This document shows positions 25,506-37,100 of a stretch of DNA of 64,000 nucleotides, one piece after another. The notes under the pieces are model-generated. The model was given only the letters and a program-made list of their open reading frames with translations, had not been told where the DNA came from and made no database searches. Source of the DNA: Mytilus trossulus (lineage: Eukaryota); assembly GCF_036588685.1 (NCBI RefSeq), contig NC_086374.1, positions 40,796,001 to 40,860,000 of the forward strand, written 5' to 3'. The stretch's first letter is position 1. The number at the start of each line of letters is the position of its first letter. Position numbers and translations under genes: made by a program.

Positions 25506-26192
25506 ATGGCACTGGTACTGAATCGGAATAGAGTTGGTGTTGAAAATACTTCAACAACGGTTGGAGTCCCGGAAAACCCTCTAGCAAGATTGATGTATTA
25601 TTTGAACTGCATGTGTACTGTTCTTAGTTTACAGGAACCAAATATTATGAGACTAATTAACTATAATAATTTTTTCGATCTTGGTGCTGAGGAAAAGGTT
25701 TTATTATTACTTCTGTGTGCAAAATTAAACCCTGTGGCACTGACAGGACAGTGTTTATTTCACGATGAGGACGTACGATCAAATGCAGGTCGGGACAATG
25801 AGTTCTACAACATAAATGCAGAAACAATGACGTTTGCGGCATCAGAGTCGGTCATAGTTGGTGAGAAAAGAGTGGCAGTTAAGAAGATAATGTTTTACAA
25901 TATTGCTTGGTTAAATCGGAATTACATTGAACCAATGAAGTTTTTTTTAGAAGACGAAGAAGATGAAGAGCCGTCATATGTGCAAAACAGGCCACAAACT
26001 GCAGCTTATTATCATCAAGCTGTGACATATTACCATCAACAACCAACACAAAACCAACGACCAGCAATCACCTATAACCAACAACCATCCATAACATACA
26101 ACCAACCAACGACTCAACAGTCATCCTACAACTACAATGCACCATCGTATCAACGTCAGAACTCTTGCAGTAGCTGCTGTGTTATCTTATAA
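25506..26192 (+). CDS. Uncharacterised protein, 228 aa, intronless CDS, Q/Y/P-rich linker, C-terminal CaaX (SCSSCCVIL); paralog B
   Basis: Complete ORF, paralogous to 21197..21859. Confidence 0.88.
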   Translation: MALVLNRNRVGVENTSTTVGVPENPLARLMYYLNCMCTVLSLQEPNIMRLINYNNFFDLGAEEKVLLLLLCAKLNPVALTGQCLFHDEDVRSNAGRDNEFYNINAETMTFAASESVIVGEKRVAVKKIMFYNIAWLNRNYIEPMKFFLEDEEDEEPSYVQNRPQTAAYYHQAVTYYHQQPTQNQRPAITYNQQPSITYNQPTTQQSSYNYNAPSYQRQNSCSSCCVIL

Positions 26193-26249
26193 ATCAGATT
26201 TAACACTTCCGGTATATTTTTTTTTATTTAAAATTCGTTTATTGTTATT

Positions 26250-26569
26250 AGTATATATAGCAATTATATTTAGCTGATCTGTAAAAATAACATCTTCATG
26301 CCTTATATATCATGTACTGTAGTACGCCGCTAGATTAAAACTGACGTGGAAAGGTAACATATGGCCACCGAAAGCTCTTTTATTGAGAGCCCAGGTGGTC
26401 GTGTGGTCTAGCGGGACGGCTGCAGTGCAGGCGATTTGGTGTCACGATATCACAGTAGCATGGGTTCGAATCCCGGCGAGGGAAGAACCAAAAATTTGCG
26501 AAAGCAAATTTACAGATCTAACATTGTTGGGTTGATGTTTAGACGAGTTGTATATATATATATATATAT
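26250..26569 (+). mobile_element. tRNA-related (Pol III A/B box) interspersed element in a (TA)n context
   Basis: A box tggtcgtgtgg at 26396-26406 and B box ggttcgaatcc at 26463-26473. Degraded reverse copy at about 60040-60145. Confidence 0.65.
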
Positions 26570-27541
26570 CTTTTAAAATATTTATCTCGTTTAAAACAAA
26601 AGTATACAATGTATTTATATTTATATATTATGCTTATACAGTGTCTATGACGCAAAAAAGGAATACATTATTTCTGTTTTTTTCCCAACTCAAATGTCAA
26701 AATAAAGTGTCTAAAATTATTCAGTTGTCATCATTCCTATCACACACACTACACCATCTATGTAATTCTGTTATATGCATGCAACGTTTCTTTTTAAGAG
26801 TAAATCTTGTTTGACTCTGAGTCAAAATAATTTGTCTAATTTGGTTTACATGTCTATGAGAGGACTGCATATAAAACAATCCGGTCACCTACATCGGTTA
26901 AATGCGAAGTAGAGTGTTTTGTGTAAACTTTATTCAAATGACCTATTTGTGTTAAAATGTCTTTTGAGAATCTAAAATAATAGAGATTCCAAAACCCAAG
27001 TCGAAGACTAATTAGCAGCTCCATTACAAAAAAAAAATGATGAAAAGACCAAGCAGTGTAAAACCAAACATAGAAGGCCAAACACTTAGCAATACAAAGC
27101 GAACCCCATCACAAATCGGTTGATTCGGAATGGTTGGATCCTGCTCTATATTTAACTCAAATGAAATACGTTGATAAGTTATGATTTAAGGAATAGCAGA
27201 TGTACCCTTACTTAAATTATGACGATACAATAATTTCGTTCACCGGGGCAAAACAGTTTAAAATGCACTAGTGACTCTGAATAATTACGTTAAGCTTTAA
27301 ATAAAGAATAGGATTTCATTATTGTTGTTCTTTTATTTTCCTCTTATAGTTGGTATGTTTCCCTCAGTTTTGGTTTGTAAGCCAAATTTGTTATTTTCCT
27401 CAATCGATTTATAACTGTTGAACACGATGTACTATATACCTTTATATACCTTGAAAATTATATAGTGTCGACCTCAGTCCGATGTCGTACTTTCTTACAA
27501 TTATGTGGAATTTTTTTGTGTGTAAGGATTCCAACTTCAAT

Positions 27542-27894
27542 TTAAGGGGGTATGGGTGTCTTCCTCCAACTTGAATGTAAAAAAAGAGAAACAAAGGTGA
27601 TTAATTTTTTTTTTATTATGGCATTTCAAGGGGAGGTAAATCTAAAGCAGTGCATTTTCTGAAGGAATCTACATGGAATTTTCCTATATTTTTATTTTAA
27701 AAATGGTGTTTTTTCCGGTATAATCCATACAAAATGTGTCATTTTGTCACGTCCTGTAGCTTGAGAAAATGCGCGGTGACCTATCATTTTTATTATATTT
27801 TTCAACATACATTTGTATATCAATAGATACTGCGTTTTTGCAAAGTATGAACGAATTCTATCATTTCTATTTTAAACTCACATACCACCTTTAA
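27542..27894. mobile_element. TTAA-flanked MITE (Kolobok/piggyBac-like)
   Basis: ttaaggggggtatggg... and ...cacataccacctttaa form imperfect TIRs. Confidence 0.45.
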
Positions 27895-29330
27895 GATGGA
27901 ATTAATATTTTTTTAAGAGCTTGCAGCGTAATAAGACACAACAACTTGCTTAAATAGAAATTTGCTGAAATCTTACAGTTGAACCATTTTTAAGCGTAGG
28001 ACATATAAGTTTTTTTCAAAATATTCCATAAATGCTACTGCCATGTTTGTAAGTTTTTAGTTATCAACCAACTGATTATCGTTAACCTCGTGATCCTGTT
28101 GGTTTATGACGTAACAGGCGTTATAATGCAAGCCTACATGATATACATCAGCTTACAACTGTCATCAATGTTGAAGATGGCTAGGGAAGGAATGAAGAAT
28201 AATTCAATACCATAGTGGCATACACTTGTGAATAGTGTTTTGTAATTAATAAAACTTAACAACATCTCTCTCTCGAAATTAGGTATATTTATACATTGAA
28301 TGAGGGGTCTTGAATATGCTGAATTTTGCATAAAATTTTCAGTTGGTATATACTCAATTGTCTAGGCTACCACGTTGGGACAACAGAAAACAAAGAAAGA
28401 TAAGATAATATAGTATTGTCCAATTGTTCTGTTCTCTTCAGATACCGTTGCTTAAGAAGAATGCTGAACTCATGAATATCATATTTTGGAAAACTCAGGC
28501 TTATAGAATAAATGTCTTTCCTTTGATTAAATTTAGAGGTTTATATACAATTATGCCAACAAGTTTTCACCTGCAAAATTCAATTTCAAACATCAATTTT
28601 TTTCATAAAATGTTCGATTTCAAAAAGATTAATTTCTTGATTAATGTCTTTTGAACTTTTCGCAGCAATACATGATGTCAAAATATCTGGATATATACAG
28701 TTTAATAATGTGATATGGAGAAATCTTGTACTACTCTAGACAAACACCAGGGTTTGATTTTTTTCAAATTACAGTATCTCAGTGTACCCATACTCATTTC
28801 AATGACTCGAAAACAACCAATAAAGAAGTTGTTTTAACATGGCTAAAAAGTAATGATAAGTAATAGATATTCCACACAGGTCAAAGGTACATGCAATCAT
28901 ATAAGAACTGAAAAAGTAGATAGTAAAACAACAAAAATACCTAACCCTGAGGAAAATTCAAAGCAGAAAGTCTGTAATCAAAAGGCAAAATCAATCAACG
29001 TGATGGAAATCACCCATGGAAAGATTAGAAGAGTAGTTTGAATTATTTCATATTAAGGTATGGTGGGGAAAATGAACATTTATAATGCACTATTGCTGAA
29101 AATTGCATTAACAACAGGTCTTTAGAAGGAACTTGCTTTTCCAGAATGAGGATAAAATGAGCTCAAAATAAATGATATGGGTCTCTTAATTTGCACAATT
29201 TTATTTAAACTGCAGTTTATATCTTATCGAAATCATGTTGCCTGTTCTGGACTTGTTTAAAAAAAAAATTGCAAATCAAAAAATTCTTCTAGCAAATGTT
29301 ATTTGTCCTTTTTAACTTTTTTGGATTCGA

Positions 29331-29374
29331 GCGTAAATGATGAGTCTTTTGTAGACGAAACGCGCGTCTGGCGT
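29331..29374 (+). ncRNA. Minimal type-I hammerhead ribozyme relic in a Penelope-like repeat
   Basis: gcgtaa-ATGATGA-gtc ttttgta gac-GAAA-cgcgc-GTC-tggcgt. Core C3 is mutated to A. Confidence 0.6.
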
Positions 29375-30144
29375 ATATACAAAATTTAGTCCTATTATCT
29401 ATGATGAGTTTATTTACCAACTATCCTCGTAAGACATAGATCTAGACCAACAGCTAAAAACTTTAGAGTGTCAACAAAAATTATCTAAGAATGTTGTTTC
29501 GGGGCATTTTGTAAGTTGAAACAGAGGTTATATGACATTGAAGATTAAAAGTTGTAGAGTGCCTATAGATCAATTTTTAACGTCTTTTTCAACACAGGGC
29601 ATTGAAAATGTACTTTTTCAACGTACACCAATTAAAAGCTTAATTTATTGAAATGTGGATTCTTTCTTGATTGCAAAAATATATATTCACTTCTTATAAA
29701 AATTCAAATGACTAAAATTATAATGATTGATGGAAAATAAAGTAATAAGCAATAGTTTGTTATAACTAAAATATTTAAAATATTAAAATGTGAAACTGTT
29801 ATCAGATACAATTTACAGAATCACTTTATGTAATGTAGATCAAAAGTAATTGGCAATAAATAAATCCATCATCCTTATAAACATCAAACATCTAATATAC
29901 ACATTTGTGTTTTCAATTATGAGGTCAAATTCTTGTGTATTAAGAATTAGATGTATATTGAGTAGTCTGTATAATTATGTAAGACTGAGGTTGATAGGTA
30001 ATGTGGTTAATTTGATTGGCAGTTTCGGAGGTGTGTCATTGTAATTAAAGGTCCACCTTGTCTCTGATTTTTTAGTGATAATGACAGTTGTCAAGCAAAC
30101 TAGTATTGTATCAATACCCACTTACCTTATCAAAATGTTTTAAA

Positions 30145-30817
30145 ACTAAAGGCTCTAAAGAGCCTGTGTCGCTCACCTTGGTCTATGTGTGAATATTAAA
30201 CAAAGGAAGCAGATGGACGCATGACAAAATTGTGTTTTGGTGATTGTGATGAGTTTGTACATCTTACTTTACTGGACATTCTTGCTGCTTACAATTATTT
30301 CTATCTATAATGAACTTGTCCCAGTAGTTTCAGTGGAAAATGTAAGTAAAAATTAAAAAAAATTATGAAAATTGTTAAAAATTTAATATTAAGGACAACA
30401 ACTCCTTAGGGGATCAATTGAGCATTTCGGTCATGTTGACTTATTTGTAAATCTTACTTTGCTGAACATTATTGCTATTGCAATTTATCTTTATCTTTAA
30501 TTATATTCAAGATAATTACCACAAACAGCAAAATTTCCTTAAAATTACCAATTCAGGGGCAGCAACCCAACAAAGGGTTGTCCGATTTTTTTTTTTTAGT
30601 TATAAGCCAAAAACTGCTTTTTACCCCTATGTTCTTTTTTTTAGTCATGGCGGCCATCTTGGTTGGTTGGCGGGGTCAACGGACATATTTTTTAAACTAG
30701 ATACCCCAATAATGATTGTGGCCAAGTTTGTTTTAATTTGGTCCAGTAGTTTCAGAGGAGAAGATTTTTGTAAAAGCTAACGACAGACGACGACGACGGA
30801 CGCCAAGTGATGAGAAA
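30145..30817 (+). mobile_element. HINE-like non-autonomous element, second family
   Basis: 5' hairpin aggctctaaagagcct and 3' (GAC)n tract. Related fragment near 55560-55840. Confidence 0.55.
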
Positions 30818-30820
30818 AAA

Positions 30821-31196
30821 TGATAGATTCTAACAACCTCAACTGGACAGATTCAAACAATACAGAATTCTAACAACCCAAACGAAATAGATTTCTAATA
30901 ACCCAAACATGATAGATTCTAACAACCTCAACTGGACAGATTCAAACAAGACAGAATTCTAACAACCCAAACGAAATAGATTTCTAATAACCCAAACATG
31001 ATAGATTCTAACAACCTCAACTGGACAGATTCAAACGAGACAGAATTCTAACAACCCAAACGAAATAGATTTCTAATAACCCAAACATGATAGATTCTAA
31101 CAACCTCAACTGGACAGATTCAAACGAGACAGAATTCTAACAACCCAAACGAAATAGAATTCTAATAACCCAAACATGATAGATTCTAACAACCTC
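30821..31196. repeat. 89-bp tandem repeat, about 4.2 copies, built from ~22-bp subunits
   Basis: tgatagattctaacaacctc recurs at 30821, 30910, 30999, 31088 and 31177. Confidence 0.9.
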
Positions 31197-31532
31197 TAGG
31201 TATTCTCTACCAGTCATGGGTTTTAAAATATATGATTTTTATTTTGCAATCTGTTTACTAGTACATACAATTTTTAACAAGTATAATAAGCCGAATTTCA
31301 AGATATTGATATCAAAATATATGAGATTAGTCATCTCATTATATGTTACCATTTTTATCCTTGCGTTTGCCTCCTAATAAATTGAATTACCAGCATTCTT
31401 GTATTAGTTTCACTCTATTGGTTACCTTATCATTAGGTGTTGATCTCATCGCATGTGACCATATACTTAATCGAAATAAGATGTGGTATGTTGCCAATGA
31501 GACAACTATATAGCCAAGTCGCAATGTGTAAT

Positions 31533-32116
31533 AAATTGGTTCGCTGAGTGCAGCCTGATACGACTGCAGATGTTGAATCCTGAACAGTTGGGGCAAATTT
31601 GGACACAATATTAAAATTTTGATACCCTTTGAATTTGGATTGTGATCAAATTTTTCGCATAGTATAGGTTTCTGACACAAAATGAATGTCAAAGATCTTA
31701 CAAATCTATTGTGCAATACTGTGCAAATAAAGATTCTACTTGAAATCTTTCAAAATTTGAAACCCCCTTACTTTTTGAATACCCCTTGGAGCAATTAACC
31801 CCACACTCAATCCTAGCCTTTCCTTTGTAGTATGGAACCTTGTAGTACAATTTCCATGAGTAATTTCTGAGCAATTGAAATACTTATACACAAGTTATTA
31901 TCCTGAAATTAGAAAAATGCTTGTTATTGAGCCCTTTTGGGCCCCTAGTTCCCAGCCTTCCCTTTGTGGTATTGAACCTTCTTCTTAAATTCCAAATAGA
32001 TCCATCTATGTAAACTGAAGTGATTGTCTGGAAACTAAATGTGTTTTTGGAAGACGACACAGACGACATCATCCATTATATGACCCAAAAATATTTGTTG
32101 CAGTCGTATAAAAAAT
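31533..32116 (+). mobile_element. Degraded HINE-like element (family of 35995-38844)
   Basis: atacgactgcaga ... tgcagtcgtataaaaa ends with shared internal sequence. Confidence 0.6.
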
Positions 32117-34125
32117 AAACCTAAGTTAACAATTATAGGTACAGTCCTCAATAGAGAGCCTTGGCTCACTCCAAACAGCAAGCTTTATAGGGCTTCATAA
32201 TGACTGGTGTAAAACCATTAAAGCAGGAAAATCTCGTCTAATCTAGTTCTAATCAAAAGTAAGATTATTAAGCTGTCATTGAAAGTCAACTGACAGATAT
32301 GAATGGATGTACAGGAGGACCCACTAAAGTGTCCAGATATTATACTCTTGTTATTTTGTAGATATATCATACAAGCCACTTAATAATTTATGGAAAGGTG
32401 AATAAGTATGTAATTTTATCGTATAAACAGATAGGTAGGGAAATCAGATAATACAGATGTGAGTCAGAATTCTTTTATATACATAACCCGTTTACATTAA
32501 GAAAGTCAGATATTAGGGATGTCAAAAGATATGAAATTTTTAATACTTAGATACTTGGTCATGATACTCTAAAATACTCAGTACCTGGATGAATCTTAAA
32601 CTTCTATTGAAAAGTTGAGATTTTAGGTGGCATGCGTTTTTTTGTTATAACTTTCATAAACATATTAACGAATGACCAACATACTTCAAAAATAACTTGA
32701 TCCTCTGTTATAAGTATCAGTTTGTGTAAACTAAACAATGAATTACCGACCACAGTTTCTTAAAATAACCTATCATAATAGAAAATTCTGTTTGTGTATG
32801 TGTTCATGAACCAAATTAGAAACATGCCAATTAAACCATAAATATTTGCATATGGAAGTCCAATAAAGTAGACAATATGTATCATCTGTTCCTGTTGAGT
32901 TGGTAATTTTTATATTACCACTTGTTCATTAATTTGTCAACAACAATTTTGGACTTGTTTCTGATGCTCTCAGTCTTAAGTTTTCAGTTAACAAAATTGT
33001 TCTCGAGCACTCTGTTTTTCCAAGCGAGTACCTGAGTACTCCAGTACTCTTTGCCATCCCCATCAGATATCAATAATTGTCTTTAAATTATATATCTTAG
33101 GAACATACAATGTGTATAAAATGAATGGATGAACTTAAAATTCATATGACAAAAATAACTGTATAGTAACCTTAATATTGTCGAACAGGGTAAACTATAA
33201 AAATAAAAAGTTAACAATATTACTTTACCGGTACGTTTGTCATATATGTATCTTTTAGAGTTCCTTCTTTCATATCATACACATTGTATTGTCCTATTAT
33301 AAAATAAAATAAAAAGATAGGGCATAGTTAGTCAAAAAGTTTCTTTTAAAAATGACATTGTACTAAACAAAAGGATTGAATATGTGTAACATCACTGATA
33401 TGTGACAAACAGATATTGACCTAAGCAAACAATAAAATTCATCTGGGATGTATTTACAGACTGCTGGACAAAACCACAAGGCTAAACTTATATGCTCCAG
33501 AATCATACATCAAGAATATATTTACATGCCCTAGAATCATATAATAGGAAAAAGTAAAATCACAAAAATACTAAACTCTGAGAAAAATTCAAAACCAAAA
33601 GTCTGTTATCAAGTGGCAAAATCAAAAGCTCAAACACATCAAACAAATGAACTACTGTCATATTCCTGACTTGGTACAGGCATTTTCTTGTGTAGAAAAT
33701 GGTGGATTAAACCTGGTTTCATAGCTAGCTAAACCTCTCACTTGTATCTTACAGCATCATATATTAGGAAACAACTTGTATGTCCTTGGATCAAATATAA
33801 GAATAAAATATGCAGTGCATTTACAAACTTTAATGTTCTCATGTCATGTTTTTGCATATTTATTAATTTATGAAGGATTAAACAACTATCAATCTATATG
33901 GCATTCTAAAAAAACATTGCATCAAAAAGGCATTCATTTTACAGTAGATTACTTGTACTCCTAAAGTGCATAGGCACATATTGTTAAAAACATGTAACAA
34001 TCTGATCTTTTAACAATTTAGTTCATTTTCAGTTGAAGAACTGCATAATAATCTTAAACTCATACAATTCATATTTTTTGTAACTAATCAACTGTTTTAA
34101 TATTCATATAATTCATTTTTTGTTA

Positions 34126-37100
34126 TCAACTGTTATAAATATTCTTTCCTGTTTCAGTCATATCTAAAACATGTGAGAACTGATCACAAACTTTGGCAAA
34201 GTGTGAGCCTTCCCAGAATACTTTACCACAAGTTCCACAACAAAAGAACGTAGTAACCTTATCAAACATAGGCTCTGGTATAGAGTCCAACTGAAGCGGA
34301 ACATTGTTATTTACAACAGTCATGGTTGACCAATTAATGCCATATTGTACATTGGGCTGTGTGATTGGTTTATCTTGGTCAGTGACTTTCCTTAACTTTA
34401 TCCAATTTTCTTTAAATACATTGCATGGTACTTGAAGATAGACATTTCCATTGCATACCTGAAAACAAAAAGTATCATGTATCACTTCATTATGATGATA
34501 ACTTCTGTTAAATCAGCCTTTCAAAATATAGCACCAATATATCCTTCACAACATGTTTTAGAATTTTTTCAATGATTGTTTGTTATAAAATTTTTATAAT
34601 TAGCTTTTTCACACCATTTCTATGTTAAGTTATTTAGCAGTGGCAGCCAAGGTTCTGAAAATTCAGAAATTATTGTGTGCATTTATTATTGTGATTTTGT
34701 CATTTTAGACTAAAATGCAATTATAATATTTGCAATATTGAGAAAAACTTGGTTTAATTTATATAAAATATTTTAAATTGTGAGTTTTAATTATTACTAT
34801 TATAACCCTTTCGCATTTTTCAAAATAATAATAAAAAAAACATTGCTATACTTTCTGAATTTACAGTAGTAAGGGACAGAAATGATAATTTAAAAAAGGG
34901 AGCACATTTCTCATTTCCTAAAGTTGATTGTTGTCAGACCTTTAAAGGTTTCAGATTTTTTTTATTGTATTTTTAGATTTTTGGAAGAGCATCTATGATA
35001 ACATGATGTTTAAAGAGTCATTAACAATAAGACCTCTAATAATCATTTAAAGTTTTGTTACACTCAAATATCTCTTTAATCTTACATACCTTGCATCTAC
35101 TAAATATGTCTTTTTCTGTAACCTTGACATTAAAATACTGTAAAACCTCTACCACTTGTTCTCTAGCTGTGGTTGTCTGGACATTATAACACATCTTATC
35201 TCCTACTATTCCTTGTACCTGAATAAAAAGATCAACCACTAGATGCACACTACATTTGATGTTGAGTCTCTTTATACTATACATTCCGAGATATTCCACA
35301 GTTTTGATTAATGAAAATAATGCAACTGATATCTGAAACATGTGTTAGGATGCAGATTTTTCTGAAATCGCAAAAGTTCATCTTGCATATTTGGTTATTT
35401 GTAATCAATTGCATCAAATGCATGCAATAATTTCTTAATTTACAGTATAAATATAAATAATGCAAGGCAGACATATATTGATATTTGTCAACACACAATA
35501 ATACTTATATCAAATGGTAATATACAAAGATGATGTTAGAAAGTCGTGTTGATAAATATTTCAGCTGAAGAAATAGCCTTTGTGATTGTCAAAAATTTTA
35601 ACATTCTTATTGCGTTTGTTATGAAAAATAGCTCAATAATACAGGCAAGTTTTGGACTATTGATTTAAACTAAAATCTTGAACCTCATTAGACTAATAAA
35701 ACTCAATACTCTAAAAGGTAGCTGCTTATATAAACATCATAAGTGTCAAAATGCAGTAGTATGTATAAAATAAATATATGTAAAATAATAGAAGACCCCG
35801 CCATCTAACTGCTAGTACTTTCCTAGTGATGTAATTTGAAATAATGGTGTTACAATAAGCAAAATATGATTTATTTACTTACCCTCATGTAAGGCAGTCC
35901 TGAAGTGAGAACTACACGTTTCTCTTTTTGACAGATCTACAAATTGAAATGTTTGCTAAATGATTATGAAGAAACAATGGTGGAATAGGTTCATAACCAG
36001 ATGCTCCGCAGGGCGTAGCTTTATACGACCGCAGAGGTTGAACCCTGAACGGTTGGGGCAAGTATAGACACAACATTCAAGCTGGATTCCGCTCTAAATT
36101 TGGATTGTGATTAAATAGTTGACACAGCATAGGTTTCTGACACAGAATGAATGTATTCAAATGAACTTAAAATTTTTGTTTTCTCTTAGAGCAATTCACT
36201 ATGCTGTTGAATATTAATCCTCTCAAAAACATGTTTGAAGAAATTTTCTTTTTATTTATGAAATTTCAAATGAGAAAAATTGAACCCAATTTTTTAATCA
36301 CATCCCCCTTTCCCTTATTCCAAAACTAATTTCAATTAAAATATTCTAATGGAGTTTGCAACAATTACTACTCATTTAAATACATCATAAAATATTAGGC
36401 CTTTTTTTTTTAATTAGTTGGTTTACGGATCCGCCGACCCGATTTTGTTTAAAAGTGAAATAAAATTAAAATTTTGATTTCGTGTTGTTTTTTATTCCGC
36501 CGACCCGATTTTTCGAGTGCTGTGAATAAAAAAATCTGAGGCGTTCCAAAACGTTTTGTCTGTGTCAATAAAGCGTTTGTAGTGAACGGCGTATTTTGAA
36601 AAGCTTCGAAATGACGCAGACGAATTCAAAAACCCAACGAGGGAGGACCATGGAGTCTGACGGCTTCATCTACTTTCAGTTGAATATTAACTTTGATGGT
36701 CAACGTACTGAGAGCACTTTTATCAAATGCAAACCTAAGACCACGTGCACCTTAAATGTGATGGTATTGTGTTCACCTGGAGAGTGAGAGATCTTGGGTT
36801 TGAACCTTGACCCGGTCAAATCAAAGACTTAAAAATTGGTATCTGCTGCTTCTTCGCCAAGCACGCTGCAATTGCAATTATTAAAGGAGTCAGAATAATG
36901 TGTTTGGGTAAGGTAACATATCTTTGGGGGAACTGTTACCTTGTGAGCTAGCACATTTAAATTCTGGCTCAGTGTGTCAGTTTAGCATTTCATTTCTCAT
37001 TATCATATTCTCATCCTAATTATGCATCTGATTAGCCACTAGACATTAAACAACAATTGACCATCCATCCATCAAATGCAAAGCATATCAAGATAAGAGC

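Noticed and set aside
26389-26483. Functional tRNA gene
   Set aside because: A and B boxes are present but there is no convincing acceptor or anticodon stem, and it is part of a dispersed repeat with a second degraded copy.
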